From Gammaproteobacteria bacterium (GTDB taxonomy: Bacteria; Pseudomonadota; Gammaproteobacteria; Ga0077536), in contig CAXXLL010000003.1 of assembly GCA_963662545.2 (NCBI GenBank), positions 2,688,001-2,752,000 on the forward strand: a DNA stretch of 64,000 nucleotides. Direction: 5' to 3'. Positions 21,451-32,270 of the stretch are shown here, one piece after another (the first letter of the stretch is position 1; each line of letters begins with the position of its first letter). Below the pieces are notes generated by a model. It saw only the letters and a program-made list of their open reading frames with translations. It was not told the origin of the DNA and did no database searches. A program made the position numbers and the translations under genes.

Positions 21451-21699
21451 TTGTTCTTGTATTTAGACGACCGAAACTTGGCAACTTAAGTGTCGAATTG
21501 AAGTTGACTTGACAATAGCGGCTTTAGCCCTTGGTCCAGGCCGCGGCGCGCGGGCGCCGTCTCGGCCAGCCTGCGACGATCCGGCCGCGGCCTTGAGGGA
21601 GCTCCGGCCGGTGATCCGCCGCCGAGATCCGGGACCCCAGCGCATGGAAGACTTCGAACGAGCGGCGGATGAGCGCGGGGGACACGCCGTCCAGCACGA

Positions 21700-22712
21700 A
21701 CACAAGGCCTTCATGCTACAAACGCGCCCCGCGCAAGATGAACACACGCCTACCAGCGAGCGCTTGGCCAAGGCCGCGGGCTTCTCCCTACACGCGGGCG
21801 TGGCGGCCGAACCCTGGGAGCGCAACAAACTCCAACGTCTCGCCCGTTACCTCACTCGCCCCGCGATCGCAGAGCAACGCCTCGCGCTAACTGCACAAGG
21901 CCTCGTCAGGTACGAACTCAAAACCCCTTATCGCGACGGCACCACCCACGTGTTCTTCGAGCCCCTGGACCTCATGGCCCGCCTCGCCGCACTCATCCCC
22001 AAACCGCGCGTCAATCTGATCCGATTTGATGGGGAACATCCCTGTTCCCCACCCTTCGGGCAACCTTCGGTTGTCCAAATTTATTCCCGATAAATTTGTC
22101 ACGGTGTCTTTGCCCCGAATAGCCCGCATCGCGCCGCCGTCACGCCCGCCCGACGCGGCCGCAAGCAATCCGATGCAAAGCCCGACAAAACACCCGCCCA
22201 ACAACGCGCCACCATGAGCCTTAAGCACAAAGACTCAAACGTGTGTTCAATATCGATATCGAGACCTGTGAGGCCTGCGGGGGGCATGTCAAGATCATCG
22301 CCTGCATCCGACTGCAGGGATGCAGGAGGTAGAGCAATGCAGGAGCAATTGCCGAGAAGACCCCGACCTTATCCAACGCATCCTCGACCATCTCGACCGT
22401 CATACCGAACCGACCCGAGCTGTCAACGCGCATCCCGCCCGCGCGCCGCCGCAACTGCCCCTGCTCGGACTCAACGATTGAGCCCAACAGCCACACGCAG
22501 CACGGATGCCAGGCCTCGCCAGCGACGGTCTCCGCGACACTCGACCGCAAGGCTAATCCGTCGACTTCACGCCCCGCTCAGCCGTTCAGTGACACGCGAT
22601 AACCCGATTTCACACGCCTGACCCCTACGTCTGCCCCACTTCCGCCTTCGTCAACCGCGCTCCAACCCGCGCGTCAGCGCATGAATGCGGGCGTTATACT
22701 TCCTATTCTCCC
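21700..22712 (+). mobile_element. IS91/ISCR remnant 3 with oriIS-type end
   Basis: Near-identical to 14038-15049 including both micro-inserts; ends GGGCGTTATACTTCCTATTCTCCC; both flanks differ. Confidence 0.88.
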
Positions 22713-23339
22713 AGGGCCGAAGACTTGATCATTGACGATGGCAGGATCTCGGTCGCCGGGACGCCGTCGCGGTCCATGACGATGCAAGAGGTCGCCTTCG
22801 CAGCGTATTGGGACGGTAACGTGCGTGACGACGAGGCTGGCGGAAGCCACCAACCACTGTTGTCGTCTACCCGTTTTTACGATCCGCCCGCCACGTATGC
22901 GAACGGCTGCGTTGTGGTGCTCGCCGAGGTCGACACCGACACCGGCGTCGTCAAGTTGGATCGCGTCGTCGTGGTGGAGGACTGCGGGACGGTCATCAAT
23001 CCCATGATCGTTGAAGGACAGGTGCACGGTGCGATCGCCCAGGGGATCGGCGGCGCGATGCTCGAGTATCTAATCTACAGCGAGGATGGTCAGCCGCTGA
23101 CGACGACTTATATGGACTACCTGGTTCCCACCGCCACGGTTGTGCCCAACATCGAGGTGCTCCATCTCGAATCGCCGTCGCCATTCAGTATCGGTGGCAT
23201 TTAGGGGATGGGCGAAGGCGGACAGATTGCCGCGCCGGCAGCAGTGGCCAACGCGGTCGCCGACGCGCTCGCGCCGTTCGGCGCCCGCGTAACGCGTCTG
23301 CCACTGACACCCGACAATGTCCTGCGGATGATCGGCTGA
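22713..23339 (+). pseudogene. C-terminal fragment of a CoxL/xanthine-dehydrogenase large subunit with in-frame TAG (23202-23204)
   Basis: EVD-DTG, DCG-VINPMIVEGQVHG-AQGIG, GI*GMGE; starts right at the oriIS. Confidence 0.85.
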
Positions 23340-23440
23340 TCACAATCGCCAATTCGATTTGGGAAATGTCGGATTCCGACGAGCCTGCCAAGCCTCTGCC
23401 ATGATGCCAGCGTGATCCGCCGTCCAGTTGACGGGGTTGT

Positions 23441-24583
23441 TCAGCTCGAGGGGTACGGTCCGCTCAGAGCGGCGACTTGCCCTTTATGCTTGGCCGATGT
23501 AATGAGAAACAATCCGCGGGTAACCAGGGGCAACATGTAGAATATGATGAAACCCCAGGCGACCGTACCGTAGCCTTTGGCAACGAGCGCTATAACGCCG
23601 AAGGTTGCCAGAACAGAGCAAAGCACGAACGCCGAACCCGCTATCAGCGCATGAGCCAAGCGGCTGAGACCTTGACCCCTGATCTCTATGAAGAAAGCAT
23701 CCAGCCGTTCATTAACGCCGTGCAGCAGACCGACTCCCGTCTGCACCATCATCACAAATAGTACGATCGTGAAGACACTGTAAAAGACTGGCATTCCCAA
23801 ATGCTGGACCATCCAGTATGTGGGCAGAGCTTCCTCAATCACCGCGGGAAATCCCGCGAGAAACGTGAAATGAAACACGATGGCTGGCAAGCTGCCAGAC
23901 ACCGCGGCGAACGCTGCCGCAATTAGCACTTCATGCCGGGTCTCAAACTCTCTTGCGACAAAGAGCAGCGCCGGAACGACGCAACAGTTGTATACGGCGA
24001 ATCGGAAGCCGTTCAAGGCCCACCCCGATTCTGCGGTACCGGTTCGAAATACTTCGGCTATGCGGTCGCCCTGCCCCCAAGCAACGATCGCAAGATAGGA
24101 TATAAGTACTGCGGAAAATGCGATCATGCCACAAGTCAGTGTTAACTCGACCAGGTGGCGTCCGTAATAGGTCGTTACAACGATGCCCAACAGCACCAAC
24201 ACGGCGCCGACCATGTAGGGAATCTGAAACGCATCCAGAAGAATCGTGCCGGCCGCCGAAGTGGTTACCGCCAACACAAGTATGATTGTGGCAATGAACA
24301 GGGCTTCGTAGATTACCCACGCGCGGCCCAAAAGTTTCTTGAAGAATCGTCGATAGTCGTAAACTCGGAACAGTCTTCCAATTTCAAACGTGAGCGCCAG
24401 TATGACGAACATGGTTGCAACAACCACCGGCAACGCCAACGCGCCGCCAACCGCCCCGTACTGGGTGATAAATTCCATTACCTCGCGGCCCGATCCATAA
24501 CCCGGACCGACGAGAACGGCCTGAAATACCGCCGCCGGCATCAGGATGACGCGAACAAAACGATTCGCAAGTATGTCTCTCAT
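23441..24583 (-). CDS. YkvI-like multi-pass membrane protein (putative transporter)
   Basis: VGPGYGSGREVMEF; about 10 hydrophobic segments. Confidence 0.8.
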   Translation of the reverse strand: MRDILANRFVRVILMPAAVFQAVLVGPGYGSGREVMEFITQYGAVGGALALPVVVATMFVILALTFEIGRLFRVYDYRRFFKKLLGRAWVIYEALFIATIILVLAVTTSAAGTILLDAFQIPYMVGAVLVLLGIVVTTYYGRHLVELTLTCGMIAFSAVLISYLAIVAWGQGDRIAEVFRTGTAESGWALNGFRFAVYNCCVVPALLFVAREFETRHEVLIAAAFAAVSGSLPAIVFHFTFLAGFPAVIEEALPTYWMVQHLGMPVFYSVFTIVLFVMMVQTGVGLLHGVNERLDAFFIEIRGQGLSRLAHALIAGSAFVLCSVLATFGVIALVAKGYGTVAWGFIIFYMLPLVTRGLFLITSAKHKGQVAALSGPYPSS

Positions 24584-24795
24584 GTAGCGCCGGTTTCGAA
24601 AGCAATTTCAGTTACACCGATTCATAGGGTGACCTGCGTGCCGTCGGGACTTGCCTCTACAGTCGTCCTGCAAACGCGGCGGCTTCTACCCGCGCAGCGG
24701 GGGGCGACGTATGGCCGAAGCTTATGAGGAGATGCCTGAGGAGCATGACCTCTTTGGGAAAAAGTTTCGCGGAAGGCGCTTGAACGTTCTCTGGT

Positions 24796-25932
24796 CTACG
24801 AGTCCAACCGATAGAACCGAGCGGCAGCGTCCCCCAGCACTTGGCGTCGGGCTGAATCATCAATCGTCTGCATATTCTGCCACTTCGCCACCTCCCCAAA
24901 CGACGTGATCGAATCCCCATAGTGGGGATAGTCCGAGGCATACATGAAATGCTCCGCCCCCATCTCCTCGAACACCGCGGGCAAGACGACTTCCTCGCTT
25001 TCCACATGGTAGTACACCTGCTCGCCCTTCATATGTTCCCTCACACCCTTCTTCATCCCCGGAAACTCATAGCCGATCTCGCTGTACTCTCCGTGCTGCT
25101 CCAAGCGGCTCATCCAGTACGGCACCCAGCTACAGCCAGACTCCAGAAAGGCCACCCGCAGTCTCGGAAAGCGATCCAGCACGCCTCCAAAGATGATCGC
25201 CCCACACGCCAGCATGTTGTCGTGCGGAAAACAGCAGGCCTGTATCAAAGGAAACCGCCGATCGAACTGCGCCACCGGGATGTCCCGCGTGGCAAGCGCA
25301 TGATTGTGAATGCCCAGGGGCACATCCAACTCTTGCATCTCCTCATAAAGAGGATAGAAATCGGGGTGATCAAGCATCTTGCCCCACACAATCGGAGGCA
25401 TTTTCACTCCCACAAATCCCAAATCCTTTACCGCCCGCCGCAGCTCTTTACATGACTCTTCGATGTCCACCAGGGGCAGGTTAGCTACCCCTATGAGCCG
25501 CTTGGGATCTGCCTGGCAGTAGTCCGCCAGCCAGTTGTTGTAGGCCCGGTTCATTGCGGCGTTGAACTGCACATCGTCCGTCAGGAGTTCCAACCAGAGG
25601 TACATCGTGGGATAGAGCACAGAAATGTCGATCCCTTCCTCATCCATGTCCTTGAGCCGGAGATGCGGGTCATAACCTCCCGGCCGCAGGATATGATCGT
25701 ACATGCCAAAGTACTTACCGAATTCTTGCTCGTCGGGGATCATCTTTCCCTCAAACAGAAAATTCTCATGTCCCCAGTTGTCGACGACGATGCGGGGCCG
25801 GCGATCTCGATACTTCTCCTCCAGGTACTCTTTCCAACAATCGTTGCCCTCCACGTACTTCCCGTTTTCATCTTTGGTGAAGCTGAACTCCACCACATGC
25901 CCATCGCTGTCAATGACTTTCGTGGGTTCCAT
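24796..25932 (-). CDS. Amidohydrolase_2 family metal-dependent hydrolase/decarboxylase
   Basis: IDSDGH, DMD-EGID, AYNNWL, FP-LR-AFLE-G, ASDYPH. Confidence 0.88.
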   Translation of the reverse strand: MEPTKVIDSDGHVVEFSFTKDENGKYVEGNDCWKEYLEEKYRDRRPRIVVDNWGHENFLFEGKMIPDEQEFGKYFGMYDHILRPGGYDPHLRLKDMDEEGIDISVLYPTMYLWLELLTDDVQFNAAMNRAYNNWLADYCQADPKRLIGVANLPLVDIEESCKELRRAVKDLGFVGVKMPPIVWGKMLDHPDFYPLYEEMQELDVPLGIHNHALATRDIPVAQFDRRFPLIQACCFPHDNMLACGAIIFGGVLDRFPRLRVAFLESGCSWVPYWMSRLEQHGEYSEIGYEFPGMKKGVREHMKGEQVYYHVESEEVVLPAVFEEMGAEHFMYASDYPHYGDSITSFGEVAKWQNMQTIDDSARRQVLGDAAARFYRLDS

Positions 25933-25948
25933 CGCGCTGTCCTCCGGG

Positions 25949-27307
25949 TTAGACCGCTTCCTCTACTTTATTTTTCTTCACGTGCGCGCCTACCCCGGTC
26001 GTGGAGCTAGCGTGCGTTTCCTCCCGAATCGCCTCTTCCATAATCGCCACTGCCCTGTCTATCTCCTCATAGGAGCTCGTGAGAGGCGGCGCAATTCTAA
26101 ACACGCTGTTTTTACCCTTGAGTTGGACGATGTTCATTAGCAAGCCCTTGTCTAAACACTTCTGGTTAATGCTTGCCCCTTCTTCTCCGGCAGGCTCTTT
26201 GGTCTCACGGTCCCGGACGAGCTCTATGCCTATAAGGAGGCCTTTGCCCCGCACATCACCGATGATCTCATAACGCTCAGCCAGCTCTTCAAGCCGTTTT
26301 TTCAAATACGCACCCTTCTCTTTCGCTTGGCTGACCAGGTCTTCCTCCGCAACAATCTCCAACACCGCCAGGCCTACGCGGGCGGGAAGGGGATCGGCAG
26401 TATGTGAAGTTGCGTGCAGAAAACCTTTATCAAAAATCGCCCCTTCAATCTCTCCACTGACCGATGTCGTGGAAAGCGGGGTACCGCCTCCAAAGGATTT
26501 GGATAAGCACAGGATATCCGGAACAGTGTCCAGTTCTTCAAAACCGAACATGCAACCTAATCGTCCCAGCCCGGTAATAGCCTCATCGAAAATCAGCAGC
26601 ATCCCGCGTTCTTCATTCATCTTTTTGAGCTTGGCGAAATAGCCCGGAGGCGGGTCAATGATGCCACCGGCGCTTAGGATAGGTTCCACGATCGTGGCGG
26701 CTAAGGCCCCCACCGACTCTTTGTCGATGAGTTCAAAGCTGACGTCCATACAGGCAAATTCACAGCTCTCGGGTTTGAGCTTGAGCGGACAGCGATAGCA
26801 GTACGGGGTCAGAATGGCATACGCCCCTGGCGCCGCTGGACCATAGCCACTATGGCCCATGGAGAAGGTGGAGGCGCCACTGCCGCTTGTGAGGCCATGA
26901 AATCCGGCGGTAAAACTCAGGATCTCAAATCCACCCGTATACATCTTGGCCATTTTGATAGCGACTTCGGTAGATTCACTACCCGTACTGAGCTGAATGG
27001 TTTTGGAGAGAGAGTCCGGTAAATAGCTTGCCAACTTGACCGCCAGATTGATGGTATCGACCGTCTGTCTCCAGGTGTTCGCGTGCAGGATATCGCGACA
27101 GGCACCCTCAATGGCTTCGATGACTTTAGGATGGTTGTGTCCCACGGCAGCACAGATCTGACCTGAGGTGAAGTCTATAAACTCTGTTCCGTTGACGTCC
27201 TTAACAAGGGAGCCTTTGCCGCTGGCAAGAATAGGGGGCGCCCAGTCCTCTCGCACACTCCGGACGATGTGTTTATTGGCCTGGCTGACCAGCTCTTTCT
27301 CGTTCAT
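25949..27307 (-). CDS. Class-III aminotransferase, 2,2-dialkylglycine decarboxylase-like
   Basis: DFTSGQ, GHNHP, LSTGSES, EPILSAGG, LSKS, VFRIAPPL. Confidence 0.85.
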   Translation of the reverse strand: MNEKELVSQANKHIVRSVREDWAPPILASGKGSLVKDVNGTEFIDFTSGQICAAVGHNHPKVIEAIEGACRDILHANTWRQTVDTINLAVKLASYLPDSLSKTIQLSTGSESTEVAIKMAKMYTGGFEILSFTAGFHGLTSGSGASTFSMGHSGYGPAAPGAYAILTPYCYRCPLKLKPESCEFACMDVSFELIDKESVGALAATIVEPILSAGGIIDPPPGYFAKLKKMNEERGMLLIFDEAITGLGRLGCMFGFEELDTVPDILCLSKSFGGGTPLSTTSVSGEIEGAIFDKGFLHATSHTADPLPARVGLAVLEIVAEEDLVSQAKEKGAYLKKRLEELAERYEIIGDVRGKGLLIGIELVRDRETKEPAGEEGASINQKCLDKGLLMNIVQLKGKNSVFRIAPPLTSSYEEIDRAVAIMEEAIREETHASSTTGVGAHVKKNKVEEAV

Positions 27308-27579
27308 GGTTTATCACCTCACCTAATTCGAGATCCGTTTACCGTCGTCACACTTTTCTATCTGCGTGTGGCCGCACCACATTTTCCCTGGTGCGCACGT
27401 TCTGTATTGCAGAATACTAGACGAACAAAGCGTGTTAATCGAACATGCGGTCCCAAGACGTGAATTTGGGTCGATTGTGGCGTGGTTGTCGCCTCGACCG
27501 AATTATCGAATGAAGTCGACAACATACCGCCTTCAGTGGGAAAAATTCGGTTGGCCAAACGAATGAATGTACCTCGCAA

Positions 27580-29001
27580 ATGAAAACCGTACCGACAATC
27601 ACAACGGCTTTATTGCTCTTCTTACTGGCCACGCCGTCCGTGATTGCGAAGAGCCCTCGAGATGAATTTTGTAGTCGCATTAATGAGTGGGACCCCCATA
27701 TGCAGACCGAACAGATCGGGAGCATACCCATCGAAAGCGAATACATCATCTTCATCATCGACACTTCGGGCAGCATGATCCGCTATGCCTGGCCAAAGGT
27801 GATCGAGCAGCTCTTAAAAACCCTCACCGTCTACCCGAAATTGAAGGGGATCCAGATCATGAATGACATGGGTACCTACATGTTCCCGAATACCCGGGGG
27901 CAGTGGATCCCGGATATGCCGGAACGCCGGCGGGCGATCATCGATCGCCTGTGCACCTGGAGAGCGAGTTCAAACGGCAGCCCGGTCGAGGGCATTACGG
28001 CCGCGATTCGTTCATTTTATTCGGCCGACAAGAAGATCAGCCTTTACTTCTACGGTGACGAGTTCACGCGGGATTCGATCCGCAAGGCCATCGTACACGT
28101 GGACTCTATCAACCCTAAGGATGCCGAAGGCAATCCGCTCGTTCGTATCCACGCGAGCGGGTTTCCGGTTCAGTTCGCCAATCCACCCGAGCTGCAGGCC
28201 ACGGGGATCAAGTTCGCGGCGCTCATGCGTGAACTGACGGGCAGGAACGGCGGCACCTTCGTCGGCCTGAATTCGTTTAAGCCCGTGGAAATCGACCGCA
28301 ACAACGTACGGGCGCGAAATTATGAACAATCACGCGATGTACCCACGTTCGTCGGCAAAGGTAACCGCGAATATCTCACCGGGATCCGGCTTGGCGGCCG
28401 CCGCATCCTGATCCTGCTCGATGCCTCAGCGAGCATGCTGGACGAGACCATAGTCAATGTGAGCCGGCGGCGTAACATGGATGACGCGGCCAAACGCCGC
28501 TCCGCCAAATGGCGGCAAGCTTTGGCTACCGTAGATTGGATCAGCGCCCGCTTCCCGCAGCAAAGTCAATATCAGATCTACACCTTCAACACCAACGCGA
28601 GCCCGGTGCTATCAGACACCCGCGGGCATTGGCTGCCGGTATCCAATATCAACGAGCTCAAACGAGCGATCGATGAAGTGAAGCAAGAGATACCCGAAGG
28701 CGGCTCTAATCTGGATAGTGCACTTCACGTCATCACTCAGCTCAATCCACGCCCGGATAATGTCTACCTCATCACTGATGGCCTACCAACACTGGGGCGC
28801 ACGCCGCCGAGCAGTACTACGGTCTTCCCGAGGGAACGGCTACGACACTTCGAGGAGGCGGTGACGCGGATCCCATTTGGCATTCCGGTCAACGTCATCC
28901 TGTTACCCATGAAAGGCGACCTCATGGCGGCGTCCGCCTTCTGGAACCTTGCGTTATACACGCAAGGCTGGTTTCTCACCCCGGCGGTAGATTGGCCGTG
29001 A
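27580..29001 (+). CDS. Secreted tandem vWA-domain protein
   Basis: Signal peptide; two MIDAS motifs DTSGS and DASAS; LITDG. Confidence 0.75.
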   Translation: MKTVPTITTALLLFLLATPSVIAKSPRDEFCSRINEWDPHMQTEQIGSIPIESEYIIFIIDTSGSMIRYAWPKVIEQLLKTLTVYPKLKGIQIMNDMGTYMFPNTRGQWIPDMPERRRAIIDRLCTWRASSNGSPVEGITAAIRSFYSADKKISLYFYGDEFTRDSIRKAIVHVDSINPKDAEGNPLVRIHASGFPVQFANPPELQATGIKFAALMRELTGRNGGTFVGLNSFKPVEIDRNNVRARNYEQSRDVPTFVGKGNREYLTGIRLGGRRILILLDASASMLDETIVNVSRRRNMDDAAKRRSAKWRQALATVDWISARFPQQSQYQIYTFNTNASPVLSDTRGHWLPVSNINELKRAIDEVKQEIPEGGSNLDSALHVITQLNPRPDNVYLITDGLPTLGRTPPSSTTVFPRERLRHFEEAVTRIPFGIPVNVILLPMKGDLMAASAFWNLALYTQGWFLTPAVDWP

Positions 29002-29029
29002 AGATCCATCGTCGGTTTTCCTATTCGGC

Positions 29030-29425
29030 TCAGGCGACGGCCGTCCCTTCAATCTCGATCATGATGCTTGGGTCGAAGAGGCGTGTCACCCCGAGGAGCG
29101 TGGCCGCAGGCCCGCACCCATCCGCCGCGACTAGCCCGAAAATTTCACCGGCCGCCTCCATGAAACCATCTACATCAGTCGTGTACATGGTCAAACGAAT
29201 GACGTTGGCCGGCGTCATATCAGCCTCTGCAAGCGCGTCCTTCAAGTTGGCCCAGGCGAGCGTGAACTGTGCGACGAGATCGCCCGGATGCATTGGCGTT
29301 CCATCGGCGCTAGTTGAAGTTTGGCCGGAGAGGTAGAGCGTGCGCTGGCCGTCGGTCACCTCAACACCGTGGTTGACGTTGAAAGCCTGAAGCCAGGGTG
29401 TGGGATTGATAGTACGGGTTTGCAT
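29030..29425 (-). CDS. RidA/YjgF family protein
   Basis: LYLSGQ, PAATLLGV, IEIE-TA; AGGAGG RBS. Confidence 0.85.
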   Translation of the reverse strand: MQTRTINPTPWLQAFNVNHGVEVTDGQRTLYLSGQTSTSADGTPMHPGDLVAQFTLAWANLKDALAEADMTPANVIRLTMYTTDVDGFMEAAGEIFGLVAADGCGPAATLLGVTRLFDPSIMIEIEGTAVA

Positions 29426-29607
29426 GCGGGGCCTCCTTAGATGGTATTGGGCGAAACGCGCCTCGGCGAGGCGAAACGGCTGCTCTAATGCAGCAGGCCA
29501 AGCCGGCACGGGTTTCCAGTGTACGCACCCCAGGGCGCGTATAAAATGACTGTGCAGCGCTGTGGTCGCGCGTTATCTAGGGCCGGAACGTCAATTCATC
29601 GGACGGA

Positions 29608-31353
29608 CTAGCGTCGAAGGCTCCTTGATTTCTCCCGCAACGCGAACACCCACAACACCCCACCCTGTGGCACGACGGTTTTATGCGGCATGGCGTTATC
29701 GAACATGACCTGCATGGTTGCTGCATCGACGCCCCATCCGGCCTGAACTGCAATGTACTGAATCCCGTCCAGCATGTATGACGCAGGCACCGCGGTAATG
29801 CCAGAATTAAGCCGCATCTGCCAGAGCTTCTCGCCCGTTTCAGCGTCCAGGGCGCGGAATACGCGGTCGTTGCTGCCACCCGAGATAACCAGATTGCCCG
29901 CGGTGGTCAAGATCGAACCCCAGTTCATCTCCTTGATGTTGAACGTCCAAACTTCTTTACCCTGAGAGATATCCCAGGCTTGTATCTCACCTATGTGTGG
30001 ATCAATTCCGTTCAACGCATCAGGGTGTAGCCGCATACTCCCCAACAACTGCGGAATGGAGTACCCCATGTAGATCTCGCCTTTCCGGTATTCGGGTTTG
30101 AAGCCCCGCATCACCGAGCACAGGTTTTCATTGGCCGGGATGTACAGCAGCTTGGTATTTGGGTTGTAGGCCTCGGGTGGCCAGCCCTTGCCGCCAAAGA
30201 ACGATGGGCAGAAATCCGCCGTCTTATCGATACCGGGGATCTTGTCCGGGTTATAGCTGGGGCGTCCGGTGTCCGGATCAATGGCGGTGAAAACATCCTG
30301 ACGGACATAGGGTTCAGCATCGACGAAGCGGATCGAATCCTTGCCACGTTCCAATAACCATAAATAGCCGTTGCGCCCGGCGTGCACCAGTGCCTTGAAC
30401 TGCTTACCGTCGCGTTCGACGTCGATGAGCACCGGCGGCGAGGTCTCGTCCCAGTCCCAGGCGCCATTCCAATGGTATTGGTGGAAATCCTTGATAGCGC
30501 CCGTGTCCGGGTCTATCGCTAACACTGAATTCGTGTACAAATTGTCGCCAGGGCGCACTTCCGGGATCCAGGGTCCGGGATTACCGGTTCCCATGAACAG
30601 CAAATCGAGATCTGGATCGTAGGTCGCCGTGCTCCAGATAGAACCACCACCGTGCTCCCAGGTATCCTCCGGCCAGGTGTCGCCGCCGGGTTCATCCGGC
30701 TCAGGAATCGTGTAAGTGCGCCAAATTTCTTTACCGGTTTCGGCGTCCAGCGCGACCGCGAAACAGCGCGCGCCGAATTCCGCACCTGACACGCCCATAA
30801 TGATCTTGCCGCGGATCGGCAACGGCGCCAGCGTCATATGAAAACCGGCCTCCCAGTCGGCAACGCAGGTCTCCCAGATTTCCTCGCCCGTGGCCGCATC
30901 CAACGCCACGGCGCACGCATCGGTCGCGGTGACGAAGACTTTGTCGCCATACAGCGCGACGCCGCGATTGGTCGGGTGCATTTGCACCAACTCCTCGGGG
31001 ACTTCCTTGCGATAGCGCCAAATTTCATTGCCGGTCCTGCCATCCAAGGCAATGACCTCATGAGCTGGCGTCGTAATGAACATGTAGCCGTCGTTTACGA
31101 TGGGCGGAGATTCGTGCCCCTCGAGCGAACCGGTCGAATACGTCCATACCGGCGTGAGTTCGGAAACATTCTGCGTATTGATCTGATCGAGCGGACTGTA
31201 GGTCCAGCCCGCATAGTTGCCGCGCCACTGCAACCAGTTTTCAGGCTCAGGATTCAACAATCGCTCGTCGGTGACGGGTGAATACGCAGGGGGCTCTGCG
31301 AGCGCGGTTGGCATGACCAGCATGAGCAAAATAACCGACAGCCTTGGGTTCAT
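29608..31353 (-). CDS. Periplasmic PQQ-dependent dehydrogenase (alcohol dehydrogenase superfamily)
   Basis: YSPL-QIN, NRGVA, GGG-W, GNPGPW, DNLY, WDWD, RNG. Confidence 0.88.
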   Translation of the reverse strand: MNPRLSVILLMLVMPTALAEPPAYSPVTDERLLNPEPENWLQWRGNYAGWTYSPLDQINTQNVSELTPVWTYSTGSLEGHESPPIVNDGYMFITTPAHEVIALDGRTGNEIWRYRKEVPEELVQMHPTNRGVALYGDKVFVTATDACAVALDAATGEEIWETCVADWEAGFHMTLAPLPIRGKIIMGVSGAEFGARCFAVALDAETGKEIWRTYTIPEPDEPGGDTWPEDTWEHGGGSIWSTATYDPDLDLLFMGTGNPGPWIPEVRPGDNLYTNSVLAIDPDTGAIKDFHQYHWNGAWDWDETSPPVLIDVERDGKQFKALVHAGRNGYLWLLERGKDSIRFVDAEPYVRQDVFTAIDPDTGRPSYNPDKIPGIDKTADFCPSFFGGKGWPPEAYNPNTKLLYIPANENLCSVMRGFKPEYRKGEIYMGYSIPQLLGSMRLHPDALNGIDPHIGEIQAWDISQGKEVWTFNIKEMNWGSILTTAGNLVISGGSNDRVFRALDAETGEKLWQMRLNSGITAVPASYMLDGIQYIAVQAGWGVDAATMQVMFDNAMPHKTVVPQGGVLWVFALREKSRSLRR

Positions 31354-31370
31354 TACCGTCCCCGTTTGCC

Positions 31371-31964
31371 TTATCTTCTTGCAGGGCCAGGACGCTTACT
31401 AAACGGTCCGGCGACAACTATCCTGCCTTGCTCGACCCGTATCGGCAGCATCGGTAACTTGCGGGTAGCCGGGCCGCCGCCAACTTTACCGAACTTATAG
31501 GGATTGAAGCGTGACAAATGACACTCGCACAATAACTGTTTCTGTTGTTCCAGCCAGGCGGAGACATCGCAGGCTTCGTGGGTGCAAATTGCTGAATACA
31601 CAGCGATGCCCTCGGCCGCGTGAGGCGCAGTGCGATGATCCAACGCGGCAGTCTGCAGACGCATGATTAACACTTTATTGAATCTCGACCGCGAGCGGAT
31701 CAGCCCGCTGCCTGGATCTTGCGGAAAGGCAACGACGGGACTGGACTCCAATTCGACTGCATCGGCGGTGATCGGCAATCCCTCGTCCGGACCAAGGCCA
31801 TGCACGAGGATATCGCCCGTCTGCGGACGCCATCTTGCCGGATCTGCTTTGCTAGGCGCCGCGGTACCGGGCTGTGCTACACCCACACCGGCAGCTATCG
31901 CGGCCATGCGCCAGAGCAGTGCGCGGCGCTTCAACGAAACGCGATTCTCCAAGAACCCCTCCAA
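31371..31964 (-). CDS. Rieske 2Fe-2S protein with Tat-like leader
   Basis: CTHEAC...CECHLS, GPA-R-LP; KRRALL. Confidence 0.85.
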   Translation of the reverse strand: MEGFLENRVSLKRRALLWRMAAIAAGVGVAQPGTAAPSKADPARWRPQTGDILVHGLGPDEGLPITADAVELESSPVVAFPQDPGSGLIRSRSRFNKVLIMRLQTAALDHRTAPHAAEGIAVYSAICTHEACDVSAWLEQQKQLLCECHLSRFNPYKFGKVGGGPATRKLPMLPIRVEQGRIVVAGPFSKRPGPARR

Positions 31965-32018
31965 TCGAATTGCAGGTAAGGTATTTTGCTAGCGGCGAGA
32001 TCACGACGATAACGGGAA

Positions 32019-32270
32019 GAGTATAGTACGAATAACGCCTACTTTTTCCGAGTTTTCGGGTAAAGAAACGCATCGCTACGCGATGAACGCGCGTGAGTGG
32101 CGCAAGTGAAGTAATGACATGGGGGAAGTGGGGCGTATGCCGGTTGGTGGATGCGGATCGATGCCAGCGACGCGACGTTGAAGTCGAGTGTTTCCGCGAG
32201 CGTCGCTGGCGAGGCCTAGCATCGGTGCGTTGGGCGGGTTTCCGGGCTCAGTCGTTGAAGCGGATCGCGC
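32019..32270 (-). mobile_element. Solo ISCR 3' end and oriIS of a related element
   Basis: Minus strand aligns with 14808-14885 (CAACGA.TGAGCCC...GGCCTCGCCAGCGACG...ACACTCGAC) and ends AGGCGTTATTCGTACTATACTC. Confidence 0.75.

Noticed and set aside
29010-29030. Weak CCTATTC-like motifs at 29019 and 50199, and GCGTTATGCT at 46620
   Set aside because: Too short to distinguish from chance or promoter -10 elements
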